Part shown: in pieces, positions 12,101 through 23,600 of the stretch
Layout: each line of letters opens with the position of its first letter
How positions within the stretch are numbered: position 1 is the first letter of the stretch
The notes under the pieces: model-generated
The model's input: the letters and a program-made list of their open reading frames with translations, nothing else
Database searches by the model: none
What the model was told of the DNA's origin: nothing
Assembly (NCBI GenBank): GCA_009859145.1
Contig: VRVR01000041.1
Span: 1-64,000 of the forward strand
Direction of reading: 5' to 3'
DNA length: 64,000 nt
Source of the DNA: Andalucia godoyi And28
Lineage: Eukaryota > Protista > Jakobida
Program-made: the position numbers and the translations under genes

Positions 12101-15100
12101 TCATCGGAACCACGAAGAAATTAACCCCATCGAGGACGCAGAAGCTTCGATGCTCTTAAGAGCACGCTGCGTTTCCTCATTCGAAAACTGTAACAAAGAC
12201 GATATGACGCGGAGGGAATCACTTCGAACCTCGACATCAGCCGATTCAATGAATTTCAAAATGACATTCTTTAGATACTCCACAGAAAAGCTGTACCCAG
12301 ACTGTTTTTTCAAATCTCTTATCACAGCCTCGTGCTCCTTCTTCAACGCCTCCAACGTCTGCATTTGGCGTTTGGCGCCAAGAAGCTCACGCCGTATGTA
12401 AGACATCTCATCTTCACGTTCTGCTTGCCGATGCGCGTACGCAAGAAGCCAGTCGTCTGCAACCGGAGCAACCGTTTCTGACAGACGGGTGCCTTTTCCA
12501 TCTTTCCCTTCGCTAGACTGGGTCTGCAATGCAACCTCTCGCGAGGTTGTCGGCTGCATTCGTTGGCGAAACCTATCCTTTTCTTCCGAAACCCGCTTCA
12601 GCCGACGACGAAGTTCCTCTATTTCGGTGTTGAGCTCCTGCATCGCACGTTCTGAACTGCTGCGTGCCTCCTGCACATCGCGTGCGCTATCACTAAGCTT
12701 CGACTCCGTGTCCGCGCACCGCTCGACAAGAATTTGCAGTTGTTCCTTGACACTCGTGGCAGAAGAGATCGCTTCCGCATGGTCCTTTTTCAGCTGTTCG
12801 TACCGGGCTTTCCATTGGGATGCCTCGATTTCTAGATCCGACACTGTTTGCGAGCAGCTTGAAACTTTATCGCGAAGCGAAGCATTTTCTGTCGCGTGTT
12901 GCTGCGAGGACGTTTGCAATGCGGCCTTCTCTTCTACTAACAACTCCTTCTCTGCTGAAATGCGATCTGCATTCCTGGAGTGAGTTTCCATTAGCGACTT
13001 GAGATTTTCATTCTCCAACGACAGATGTTGGATCTGCTGAGCTGCCACAACCGCCGAACGCACGTATTCCGAAATCTTGGAGTCCGTCTCGGCGGCGCAG
13101 GCATTCTTCTCGGCCAACTGCTGTCGAAGACCTTCCACAACCTGTGCGCTGACGTTCAGTTCATTGGTAAGCTCGGCGAGAGAAATCTCCTTGTCAACCA
13201 ACAACTGATTCGCAACATCACGAGAGTTTGCTAGTGAGCGAATCTCTTCCGTTTGCTTGGACGATTCTACTTCGGCATGTGCGAGAGAGGAACGCAAAGC
13301 ATCCAGCTGTGTAGTCAGCGCCGTGAGTTCATGGGAAGAGGAATCACACTTTGCATTTGATTCCTCCAGTTGCGTTCGCAGAGACGTATTCAACGACTGC
13401 AACTGGCCGACAATGGCGTCCGAAGCCCCACTGGACTGCCGTACTTGCGAGAGCTCTAGTTCCAATTCCTCGCATCGTTTCTGCAGCTTCTCCACTTCAC
13501 ACAAGAGATCCCGGTGCCTCTGCTGCTCTGCATCCAGCGACGACCGACACAAACCAAACTGCTCAACGGTCTGTTGGAGCTCGGCATTCTTCTCAGAAAT
13601 ACGGTGCTCGAGAGCTTCTTGTATCCTCCGAATTGACTCTCGATCTTGGATCGCAGTCGCGAGCTCGTTCTGGGCATCGGAAAGAGCGGCTTCGACAAAC
13701 CCAACCTTTAAATCGAACAGTTTCCGTTCCTCGGCAGCTCTTGATACGTTATTCGAAAGCGCTGCCTGAGTGATTTCCTCCAAATCTTTCATGGAGGACT
13801 GCAGGTCACGAAACACATTCATCGATGAACCAGAAATGCTCAACCGCAGCGCATCCAAATCCAGTCGAAGACGGCTAACAAGACTTTGCATCTCACTGGC
13901 ACGCTGTGTCAAAGCACGCATACGACCTTCCTGCGCAGTAATTTTGGAATTCTTGCTCTCCACATCGACTTCCAAAGCGGCAAGCTGCGATGCCAACTGC
14001 CTAGTCTGATCCAACAATCCAACATTCGTCTCCTCGACATGCTTGGCTTGCTCTTGGAGAGCCCGCAACTGCATGGCACTCGACGCTGTTTGTTGTTCCA
14101 ACTGATTTTCCAAGTGCATAATCCTGCTCAGCGTCTCGGAGTGATTTTCCTCCAAACTTAATTTAGACTGTACAGTATTGAGGAGATTCGATTGCAAATT
14201 CACACATCCTTTCTGTAAACGTCCTGTGCAAACAGAAATCCTTGACAGAGCACCCTGGAGGCGATCCAACTTCTCGTTTGTAGTGGACATGAAATTCTGC
14301 ACCACGTCTCCATGCGCATGAAATTGAGCGACAATAAACAAGTCCTTGAACGGAGTTCGAGTGCTGCTCGTGCGGTCAACCGAAACGGATTCGCTGTCGT
14401 GTTCTCCGGCCCTGAAGGACCCGTCCGCAGAACAAGCTGCGTCAACTTCTAACAAGCGCTTTTCAAGCTCCACTGACTGCACACGAAGAAAGTCCATTTC
14501 ATGCGTCAGCGATTTTGAAACATCCAACGCCGCCGACAGTCTACCTTTCAGCGCATCCCGCTCCGTGTTTGCGTCCAAGTCGGACCGATGCATCAGAGAT
14601 AATAAAGACTCTGTTTCGAAGGAGACAGAATGGCGTGCTTGCAATAAGCGGTCACGAGCACTCTTGATTTGCTCGGAAAGAGACAAAAGATGTGTACACT
14701 TACTGTTCAACTTGTCCAAAATCACAGTGACTGATGTGGAGTGAGATTGAACCATTTGCGCAACCATACGAGCTTGGAGCTCGGATACTGCAATGAGCTC
14801 CGAAACTTTTTGCACGAGATGAGAATTTTCCCGCTCGAGAACATCGTGTTCGCTCTTCAGCTTGGAGATTTCCTCGGACAAGGCCGTAGCTCGGTTGAAG
14901 GCGTCGGCGTGTGCTGCTGCATTGAGATGGGCTTCCGTCGCACATGCTCTTTCGGCGAGCTTCTCTTGCAACTCCCTCTCGTGTTTCACTGCGCTTTCCA
15001 TATCCAACGTTAAACACTTCAAGGACTGGTTTTCGGATTCTAGGTCTCGGTTCAATGTGGCGAACTTCTCGATTGTTTCACGAAGATCCGACGCAGACGC

Positions 15101-16426
15101 TCGAAGGTCGGCCACCTCGGTGGATAACTCTCGGTTCGCAGCAGAGGCATCATTCAGCTTGCGCAAAACCTCTTCCATATCATTAGAGAACACCTTACCC
15201 TGTTGGATCTCTGCCAAGAGTGCTTCCCGATTCGCATTTGCTGCGGCCAAGTTATCCGTCAGGTCCACCAGCGACCTCTCCAGCTCTTGAATTTGCCGAT
15301 GTTGCTGCGAGCAACGCTCGCGGACATCCGCCAACGTGCCTCTCAGAGCAGACAACTCCGAATCCAACGCTCCAAAGCGTTCCTCCGCCTTCTGCTTATC
15401 CGCTGCGAGAAGTTGCAATTCAGCGGCCAACTGTCGACACTGCTCCTCAAGTCGGCTCTTTTCAGAACGAAGTCCATCCGCTGCACTGGCAGCATCGGAA
15501 GCAGCCGCCCACCACTTTTCCACTTCCTTCCTGTGAGACTCTCCCTCGGCCTTTCGCTTCATTTCAATATGGCGAATTATGTCTTCGTTTTCCCGAATCA
15601 CAGATTCCAGAGATTCGATCATGGCATCCCTTTCCTCCATTCTCCGAACAAGCTCGCTTTCTCGCAGCCGAAAGTCCGTATCCGCAAACTTCACCCCCGC
15701 TTGTATCAAAGATCGACATAGTGCAACATCATCAATCAGCTCCAACCGATTCGACTCTTCTCGCTCGACCGCTGCCAGCAGGAATTCGTCGTGCATATGT
15801 ATCGAGACCGGACGAGGCCCGTTTGAGGGACGCCCCGATGTCTCTTTCGACGATGCTGCTTCCGTGGACAGTGCGGACGGCTGCTGCAACGACGCAATCT
15901 GGGAGTCCTTTTCACGGATTATTTCCTTGACCTTTTCCTTCCATTCCCGTTGCTTTTCCTTCAAATCTGCAATTTCAGCCTCGAGTGTTCTGACGACTTC
16001 GCTCTGTTCCTCGGACACAAGCGGTGACGCCCCCTCTGTGGACGACATCACCGCGCCACCACCATCACTGCCGCTGCCACTACCGCTGCTGCTGGCACTG
16101 TGAGACGCGTTCAGCGCAAGAAGTTCGCGAATTTTTCCCTTTAATTGAGAGTTCTGCATTTCAAACTGTGTGCAAAGATCGCTTCTCTCAATGTACTTTT
16201 TCTTTGCAAGCTCCAACTTGGAAGACATGGACAAGATGTACTCAATTAGCTCTTCGCGAGTCGCAGAATCCAGATTCACGCTCGTTCTCGTGCTTCCGGA
16301 ACCGGGCCCCGAGGACGATGCGGAAGACGATGATGCGGAAGCAGCTTTCGTAGGAGTGTCATCCTTGACTGAAAAATCCTGTATCTTCTTTTGCACTTCA
16401 TCAAACTTCTTCCGTAGTAGATCCAT
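12101..16426 (-). CDS. Long coiled-coil golgin with C-terminal GRIP domain
   Basis: About 1440 aa of coiled coil ending in SVEYLKNVILKFIES...RVISSLLQFSNEE (GRIP signature). ATG at 16426. Confidence 0.9.
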   Translation of the reverse strand: MDLLRKKFDEVQKKIQDFSVKDDTPTKAASASSSSASSSGPGSGSTRTSVNLDSATREELIEYILSMSSKLELAKKKYIERSDLCTQFEMQNSQLKGKIRELLALNASHSASSSGSGSGSDGGGAVMSSTEGASPLVSEEQSEVVRTLEAEIADLKEKQREWKEKVKEIIREKDSQIASLQQPSALSTEAASSKETSGRPSNGPRPVSIHMHDEFLLAAVEREESNRLELIDDVALCRSLIQAGVKFADTDFRLRESELVRRMEERDAMIESLESVIRENEDIIRHIEMKRKAEGESHRKEVEKWWAAASDAASAADGLRSEKSRLEEQCRQLAAELQLLAADKQKAEERFGALDSELSALRGTLADVRERCSQQHRQIQELERSLVDLTDNLAAANANREALLAEIQQGKVFSNDMEEVLRKLNDASAANRELSTEVADLRASASDLRETIEKFATLNRDLESENQSLKCLTLDMESAVKHERELQEKLAERACATEAHLNAAAHADAFNRATALSEEISKLKSEHDVLERENSHLVQKVSELIAVSELQARMVAQMVQSHSTSVTVILDKLNSKCTHLLSLSEQIKSARDRLLQARHSVSFETESLLSLMHRSDLDANTERDALKGRLSAALDVSKSLTHEMDFLRVQSVELEKRLLEVDAACSADGSFRAGEHDSESVSVDRTSSTRTPFKDLFIVAQFHAHGDVVQNFMSTTNEKLDRLQGALSRISVCTGRLQKGCVNLQSNLLNTVQSKLSLEENHSETLSRIMHLENQLEQQTASSAMQLRALQEQAKHVEETNVGLLDQTRQLASQLAALEVDVESKNSKITAQEGRMRALTQRASEMQSLVSRLRLDLDALRLSISGSSMNVFRDLQSSMKDLEEITQAALSNNVSRAAEERKLFDLKVGFVEAALSDAQNELATAIQDRESIRRIQEALEHRISEKNAELQQTVEQFGLCRSSLDAEQQRHRDLLCEVEKLQKRCEELELELSQVRQSSGASDAIVGQLQSLNTSLRTQLEESNAKCDSSSHELTALTTQLDALRSSLAHAEVESSKQTEEIRSLANSRDVANQLLVDKEISLAELTNELNVSAQVVEGLRQQLAEKNACAAETDSKISEYVRSAVVAAQQIQHLSLENENLKSLMETHSRNADRISAEKELLVEEKAALQTSSQQHATENASLRDKVSSCSQTVSDLEIEASQWKARYEQLKKDHAEAISSATSVKEQLQILVERCADTESKLSDSARDVQEARSSSERAMQELNTEIEELRRRLKRVSEEKDRFRQRMQPTTSREVALQTQSSEGKDGKGTRLSETVAPVADDWLLAYAHRQAEREDEMSYIRRELLGAKRQMQTLEALKKEHEAVIRDLKKQSGYSFSVEYLKNVILKFIESADVEVRSDSLRVISSLLQFSNEETQRALKSIEASASSMGLISSWFR

Positions 16427-16651
16427 AATCAACTCCTTATTCGTCCATAATCACACAACTCATAAGTCTTTTAATTCTTTTAATTCATTGCAATGCCGCA
16501 ACAATGGCAAGAATCGCAAGAATCGCAATGAAAACGGACACTCGTCGAGCAAAAGGAAAGTCAAGTTTCCGTACTACCCTCCAACCCAAACTTGATGCTA
16601 GTGGAGAGCATAGCTGGGTTTTTTTTTTACAGCCGTGGATCCCGCTGATGA

Positions 16652-16873
16652 ATGAAGGTCGACCCCAAAAAAAAGAAATGCAAAAAATGCTGCTGCTGCT
16701 TTCCTACGCCTGCGACCCAGGTGGAGGTGGTTTACGAACTGATGGTCGTCGAGGAATCCGGCAAACGACACGTTCGAACGACTGTCTGCGGGCTTCCGGT
16801 AGTGGATGCACATCGAAACTCCGTCGGGTCTGGATGCAATTTGAAAACGCATTCCGGCCACGCAGCAGACTGA
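16652..16873 (+). CDS. Possible small Cys-cluster protein (may be spliced)
   Basis: ATG ORF MKVDPKKKKCKKCCCCFP... A possible GT..AG intron at 16799-16865 would extend it in frame to a TAG near 16976. No homology recognised. Confidence 0.3.
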   Translation: MKVDPKKKKCKKCCCCFPTPATQVEVVYELMVVEESGKRHVRTTVCGLPVVDAHRNSVGSGCNLKTHSGHAAD

Positions 16874-17177
16874 TCTTGAACATTTTTCTGAACCATTCGA
16901 GGCGGTCACGCCCAAAGTCAACCACATCTGCGTACTCTCCGAGAGGGATGATGCTGAAATTCCGAGCAGTGCTTAGGGTACGGATCCAGCATGATTATGG
17001 AACGATGCACGCAACTTTTATCTTACAAACGCCGAGGCACGTGTTGAGTCTTTCCGTCTTCCTTCCCGGTAACGCGGCAACATTGATTTTATGCACAGTC
17101 AGTAACGGTTATGGATGACGAGCGTGCAATGTAGGCGATCGGAAATTTAAAAGGCGGGGAGACTCTTCAACGGTCTT

Positions 17178-18680
17178 CTACTGCATCTTGATGTCGGCGT
17201 CTGAAAGACCGTGGACCTTTGTTACAATCGATTTGAAATTTTCCGTCCAAAGCAGCGCAAGCTTTGAAGACACGATTGGCACCGGAGCAGTAATCGAAAT
17301 CGTCATGGTGCTGTTGACGGTCGCAACCGAAACAGAGAACACAGGGCCATCGTACCGGCTGCCCAGCGAAAAGAAGGCGTGCTTGATCGATTTGTGAAGC
17401 TTCAGCAGTCCGAGATTGGAGATTTCCAGATCTGCGGTCCGCGCATACGGCCGAGAATACTGATTCTTCAACATGAACCGTTGAAGTTCTGGGACACTCA
17501 TCATGGATAGCAGTCCAATCTTGGGAAGCTGTCGCTTTGCAGCGGTTGCAAGTTCTATTCTTGCTGGTCCAGCAAGCTTCCAGTAATCGTCATAGTGCAG
17601 ATCCCCAGCATCGTCGATCTTCTTGATTTGGGAAGTTGAAAAGTGCAAATCGGCGGCCCCGATGAACAATCCGTCGACCTTCCCGGCATCCTCCATGAGA
17701 TGTCTCAGCGACACAGGAACAAACACAGAAACACTGCTTCCATGTCTTCGCTGCATCGCACTGACAGTCTTGTACGTGGCCCACGAAGCAGCAACCGACA
17801 AGGATGAAGTCACGGACGACTGATGATGTGAACATTCCTTCACCATCTGCTCGACCGCTCGACTCGAGATGACCATCAAGAACACCGGTCCATTCTTCAA
17901 CTTGTTCCACGCGGATGGCCGTAGCACCGCAAGATCACAAGCATTAAGAGTTCCAATCGGTTCGCTCGCTTTTGGAGGCATGAATCTCGCCTGAAGCCCT
18001 TTCCACAGTGGAATGCGTAGGTCCAAAACATCCTCGATCGACGGATGGGTGCCCGATACACACACGCCGTTTCGTTCATCCATGCGTTCAGTCGACGGTT
18101 CTATGCATTGACAGATGACCTCATCCATAAAATGCGCTGCCGACAAGGCGTCTGCCACAATATGATGCAGCTTGACAGCCAGAAGCGCAGCCTGCCGATT
18201 GACAACAACCTTGAAGAGCGGTCGCAGATCATCGAGTGAAAAGTCGTCATCATTCGCGACCGCCACATCATCCCAGGACAGCCGTGTACCGGAAACTAGC
18301 GAAACGACCTCCGAATAAGAAACCTCTGCAGGAAGCGGAACAACCTGGTTCTTCGAAACCAGGAATGCAGTTCCGAACTTCGGATATTTGGCTACTGCAC
18401 ATCGAATGGCTCGTGCAAGGCGTGACGAAAACTCGGCGTCGGAAAGCTGTGCTATCTCGGCAGGAAACTCCAAGGCTGCAGAAACTGAAAAAATGTGCGC
18501 GGACGGATGCGCCGCATACCACTTCTCAAGATTCGACAATGGTCTTGGAAGCGCAATGATCGATTGGGAGGACGAAGCATGTCGCGGCTTCTGTCCAAGC
18601 TTCACGAGCAACAAGCTCCCAATCGCAAGTACACCCGCTCCCGCCACAATACCCAACGCCGTCACACTCATCATTCTCAT
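17178..18680 (-). CDS. Condensation-domain/alcohol acetyltransferase-like (PapA5/AATase-type) acyltransferase with N-terminal membrane anchor
   Basis: HHxxxD catalytic motif LHHIVAD (18150-18167), ISNLG motif, C-terminal SVATVNSTMTISI strand, and N-terminal TM ALGIVAGAGVLAIGSLLLV. Confidence 0.8.
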   Translation of the reverse strand: MRMMSVTALGIVAGAGVLAIGSLLLVKLGQKPRHASSSQSIIALPRPLSNLEKWYAAHPSAHIFSVSAALEFPAEIAQLSDAEFSSRLARAIRCAVAKYPKFGTAFLVSKNQVVPLPAEVSYSEVVSLVSGTRLSWDDVAVANDDDFSLDDLRPLFKVVVNRQAALLAVKLHHIVADALSAAHFMDEVICQCIEPSTERMDERNGVCVSGTHPSIEDVLDLRIPLWKGLQARFMPPKASEPIGTLNACDLAVLRPSAWNKLKNGPVFLMVISSRAVEQMVKECSHHQSSVTSSLSVAASWATYKTVSAMQRRHGSSVSVFVPVSLRHLMEDAGKVDGLFIGAADLHFSTSQIKKIDDAGDLHYDDYWKLAGPARIELATAAKRQLPKIGLLSMMSVPELQRFMLKNQYSRPYARTADLEISNLGLLKLHKSIKHAFFSLGSRYDGPVFSVSVATVNSTMTISITAPVPIVSSKLALLWTENFKSIVTKVHGLSDADIKMQ

Positions 18681-18870
18681 AGATAGATACTGTTCGCAGG
18701 CACGGAGAGCGATTTCTGCCTTCTGCCCTCTTATTTGGATAAAATGCGGCGCATCCCCTTTCGACTATCGAGACTTTTGTTTTCTCTGCGTTCTGGTCAA
18801 TTGTGGGCAATGCATCCTCAATTGAGCCTACGCGGACTTGTTTTTCCTTTTCCTCCTTTACCCACATTGC

Positions 18871-19567
18871 TTTCAGCGCCTACACTATACACTGAGCATG
18901 CATATCTACGAACGGACATGCATATCCAATCTTGCATCCCGTTGCCGCGAAGGGGATAGGCCCCCAACACACCTCACGGCGCTCTTCAGATAGATGTTCC
19001 GCGCTCCGTTCCCAATCTCGATCAATCTGTGCGCCACTTTCTCGGCGTGGCACGTTGTTCGTGAGAAGGGTGCATTTTGATTCTGACGGCCCTAGCAGCA
19101 GGCGCTTTTCGTGTCCTCAGTTGCAGCGATTGATGCACCTGGAGATACGAGACGAAGAGGCAGTAGGAAGACGGTGGGGTTTTGCGACTGCGACTGCGCC
19201 TGGTGCACTGGTAGCAGAAAAGCACGAGTTCTGTAAGAGACGGTCCCTGAGGCTTCTGCTTGGGGTTGGCTACGCTGAGTGGAGATCGTGTCTTGGCAGT
19301 GCGCAGCGACTCGGCGGTAGGCGAATGCGTCATCCCAGAGTACCCACGCCCACATTTGAATAAAGAGAGTGAAACCAAAAAACCAAACCAACGAATGATA
19401 GAATAGATGGCTACGGATGCTGCGTTAAATCGTGTCGAAAATGCGGAGCCTGTGAAACCGGCTGAATTTCGGCCGAGCGTGCGTAAGCACGAATTCCTGT
19501 GAAACAAAACGTGCTAGTGTCGGCCGATGCTTCCGTGTGCATGACAATGACGTGTTATTATTCAGCG
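18871..19567. mobile_element. Dispersed intergenic repeat, copy B (longest)
   Basis: Left arm 18871-19104 and right arm about 19380-19564 are shared with copies A and C. Unique core about 19105-19315. TTCAGCG occurs at both boundaries (18872-18878, 19561-19567). Confidence 0.75.
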
Positions 19568-19695
19568 GGGTGTGTCGTTTGCCTTTGTTTTTTCGTTTTC
19601 CGACTTGTTTGCAATTGAATTGAATTGACTTGCACTGCATTTTGTTTTCGGGGGGGGAAAGGAAGGAAAAAAACAGCGACCGAATTGAAAGACGA

Positions 19696-20586
19696 ATGGC
19701 AAACTCGCGATATGAATACGTTCGAAAGTTCGAATCAGACGACACGCTTCTTCCTGGCTGTTGGTTGGTTGTCCGTCTTGATGGAAAGGCATTTTCAAAG
19801 TTTTCGCAGGACCATGCGTTCTCGAAGCCTGTTGATTTGCGAGGAATCAACCTGATGAACAGCTGTGCGGAGGCCGTCATGCGCGAATTTGGGGACATTG
19901 TGTTGTCGTACGGACACTCGGATGAGTTCTCCTTTGTGTTTGCAAAGGATGCGCAGGTATTCAAGCGACGCGCGCAAAAGATCTGCACCACGATTTCGTC
20001 GCTGTTTGCGGCACACTATGTGTTTCAGTGGTACAAGTACTTTCCAGATATGGAGATGCGGTATCCTCCGTCGTTTGATGCTCGTGCGGTGCTGTACCCC
20101 GCAGACAATATTCTGAGAGACTATTTGTCATGGCGACAAGTCGACTGCCACATCAACAACTTGTACAATACTGCGTTCTGGACGCTGGTACACCGAGGAG
20201 GGTGCACCCCGGACGAGGCTAGCAAGGAGCTGGATGGGACACTGAGTGACTATAAGAACGAGTTGCTGTTTACGAGGTTCAACATCAACTACAACGATCT
20301 GCCTGCGGTGTTCCGGAAGGGATCCATTCTCGTTAAAAAGGTCGTCGAAGAGACAATTGAACGGACTCCAGGTGTCTTCGTCCAAAAGAGAAAGCGTGGG
20401 TTTGTGGTGCTGTACGAAGACTTGATCCGGGATCCGTTCTGGGCAGACCATCCAGAGATTCTCGGAGAACTGGCTTCGCAACCGCTCGATGGCAATCGCG
20501 GCGTCCAGGGCTCTCCAACACGCAAGCACTCCATCGTTTCGAATCCAAACCCGTCCAGTCCCACGCGACAAGCGGTTACGATGTAA
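19696..20586 (+). CDS. THG1: tRNA(His) guanylyltransferase
   Basis: MANSRYEYVRKFE, VVRLDGKAF, YGHSDEFSFVF, FDARAVLYP and YLSWRQVDCHINNLYNT are all Thg1 motifs. ATG at 19696. Confidence 0.97.
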   Translation: MANSRYEYVRKFESDDTLLPGCWLVVRLDGKAFSKFSQDHAFSKPVDLRGINLMNSCAEAVMREFGDIVLSYGHSDEFSFVFAKDAQVFKRRAQKICTTISSLFAAHYVFQWYKYFPDMEMRYPPSFDARAVLYPADNILRDYLSWRQVDCHINNLYNTAFWTLVHRGGCTPDEASKELDGTLSDYKNELLFTRFNINYNDLPAVFRKGSILVKKVVEETIERTPGVFVQKRKRGFVVLYEDLIRDPFWADHPEILGELASQPLDGNRGVQGSPTRKHSIVSNPNPSSPTRQAVTM

Positions 20587-20666
20587 GAATAAAAGGGTTG
20601 TGGTTGTAGGGGGAAACGACCTACCTTCCGTTCTCTTTCTTTTGTCTTTTCTTTTGGGTCCGTCGG

Positions 20667-23600
20667 CTATCCTCTGAGGTTCTTCTTTTCGAGGATTTTC
20701 TCTACACTCGCGTCTTCGCTGCTGACCATCCACATCTCGGCGCCCATTCCCACAACAGAAAACACGAAATCACAAACGCCCCTGCTTCTGGCAAAGCCAA
20801 AGACATCAAACACATCCGTCTTCTGCACGCGGTCCAGTGCAAAAGACATACCATCGTCCGAAATGCTGTATGAACAAATCTTCATGTCTCTTCCTAAACT
20901 CACAAGTTTCTTGGACGTTTTGAGATACGTCACTCCGACGACTCCAGCGAAGTGAAAAGATGCTCTGAACGTCCACCGCAGCACTACGGACTCGGAACAC
21001 ACCGAGTACTCAAAACAAGACAGGGCAACATTGGAGTCGTCGCCCCCTGTGACCAATGTAAAGCGCGTCACTGAACCCTCGTGGACAATGCTGACAATAT
21101 CCATTGACGACATCCCCGATAAATGAAGCCCTCGAAATTCCCCCAACACCCTCAAATCCCCCAACAGGAAATGCAAGGACCCGTTCGTAGAGGTGGCTGC
21201 AAAGAGTGGGGCGACGCCAGCCTGCCGGATTTCCAACAAGGCCAGCAACGGCCCAGAAGCAATCGTCTGGCGACAAACAGCGGTCAATGCGAACCGCTGC
21301 GTACAATAATGAAGCTTCATGACTTCCCCTTTCGAAGTTCCACAGAACAAAACAATCAGTGAGTCTTCTTGTGTGCCCATGCCTGAACAAAGACATGAAG
21401 TAATCCGGGCCTTGGACATCGACGCATCGCCAGACGACGGTGCTGTCTTAAATAAGGACGCCAAATTGACGTCTGTCACTATTCGTATACGAATTCCGTA
21501 GCGCCAAACAATGACTTGGAAGTGGGAGTCCTTTCCACCGCAAAATACAAACAGCAAAGAGGAACGCCAGCAACCATCCATGCACTTCTTTTCAGACCCT
21601 CGGTCCCAAGTGCGGTCAAAGACGAGCAAACTGCTACCGGTGGGGTCTTGGCTCACCGCTGAAAATTGAACAGAAAGATCTGCCCCGGCAGTGACCAACA
21701 CCACTGTTTTTGAGACAGGATCTTGCGTGAGAACGCCGCAGCTGATCGGCTTGCCATGGAAGGATTGCTGCACGTCGGAAGCCCCGGCTGAAAAGGGAAT
21801 CTTTTCGAGCCACACCCCCTTCTGCAGGGGAACTGCAATAGACATTTCCTTCTGTCGATTGACACGGGCCGCAACAACCGAGGAATTGCCAACACACGGA
21901 AGCCTGCACAGCGAAAGAAACAAGGATTTGTCCCAGACAACCACATGGGATCCGGAAAACGAAACAACGCGGGTGGATATGTTACGATTCCCAGAGGACG
22001 CAGATGATGGAATTGCAAAGAATTGACGAGGATGCCGGAGAAAGGGAAACATTTCTCGCTGAAGCACGGAAATACTCTGGATGCAACCTTCCCGCAAGGA
22101 AACCTCGTGGAGAAAGAATGATCCGTCGTCTGCTCCAGATTGGATCAATTGGATTTGATTCTGTGGAGGAACGCTGTAGGACTCGACAAGCTCCAAAAGC
22201 TTCGCAGGAACCTTGTCGTGCACCCGAATCCGACAATGAACTTGCAGAGGGTCGGCGAGACTCAGAAAGTACAGATTTCCAAAAATGGAAGACGCAACGA
22301 CCGTGGAAGAAGACTCCCCGCCGCAACAACGTACATTCACTAAAGGTTTGCTGCTCAACTTCCAGATGCAGCGAAATACCAAAAGAGGGCCTGTGGATTG
22401 AAGAGGCGGCTCAACAGGGAAAAATGAAGACGTTGGAGCAAATTGCCTGTCATCGCTATCGCTGGACAGAAACAATTGCAACAGCCACAGCTCACCCATT
22501 TCGGTAGAACAAAGAATGTTGCAGTCTTCGGACACTGTCATCGTATTCACAGTCCCTCTGGAGGTGAGCTTCGTAGTCTCCCCAAGATGCGGCGATGCGT
22601 ATCCCTGATCCCGAATATCAAACCGGACAGGATCCGTCTCGTGAACGGCAATGCTGGAAGCCACCAATTCGCGTCCGCTGTCGATCAAAACCAATGAAAA
22701 CCTTCCATCGAAATGCGCGCACAGTGCAACACTCGGTGAAAGTACCAACATGGCCGAGACGGAAGCAGAATGCGCTTGGCGAACAGTCGACAAGACCGAT
22801 TTGTCGGACGCACGAATCAACACCAAATTTCCGTCTTTCAAAGCCGCAAGGAGAATGTCGTCTGATACAAACGATAGAGCACTTACGTTATGTGGCAACG
22901 GCAACGGCGAGGCACACGGTTGCCAGCACCATTCTTTTGTCGCACCATCATTTCCACCGGCTAATATACGGAGGCATGAGTGATGGGAGTCGACGTGAAC
23001 ATCGCAGTTCCAAACGTCCATAACTGCATGATCATTCCACTCGCACAGCAATGGTGAAGATGCGTTCCAGTGATTCCACAGCCGAACATATCCGTCTTCG
23101 CCTGCACTGATCAGCATCGTACCCATGGATACGACACACAAGTCCCAAATTCGGACAGAGTGCGCAGTGAATGCGGATATGCAGGATGCAGCGCCATCTC
23201 TAGAGACTGTCCACACTCTTATCGACCGGTCGTCGGCGGCAGAAACAAGGGAGCAGATGGCCGCATCTTCACGGTGCTGAGGCTCCTGGAATGCAATCGA
23301 GAATATTGTGCCCTGGTGTCCTGAGCATACTGCAGAAACCGACTTGTCGGAACTCCAGACTAGAATATCATTCCAAATCAGCCCGGATGCAAACAAGGTG
23401 AACGCGAATTTTTCAGAGTAGTGTTTCCGTGCACCACGGTTCGAACTCGAAAATGCGAATGCCGTGATCAGACATGCATACGGAGCGTTCAGCACCAGCG
23501 ATTCGTCGCGCTCCCAATCAATAAAATGCACACGATTCAGAGACGTTGCAAGCATTATCAGAGGCGCCTGCACATGGTCATGACCACTTTGGACCTTTTG

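Noticed and set aside
18990-19060. CHAE as a deaminase HxE motif (minus frame), and LQIDVPR as a TBC arginine-finger motif (plus frame)
   Set aside because: No PCxxC follows the CHAE. The TBC-like string is simply the antisense of the frame that shows synonymous conservation, and no other TBC motifs are present.
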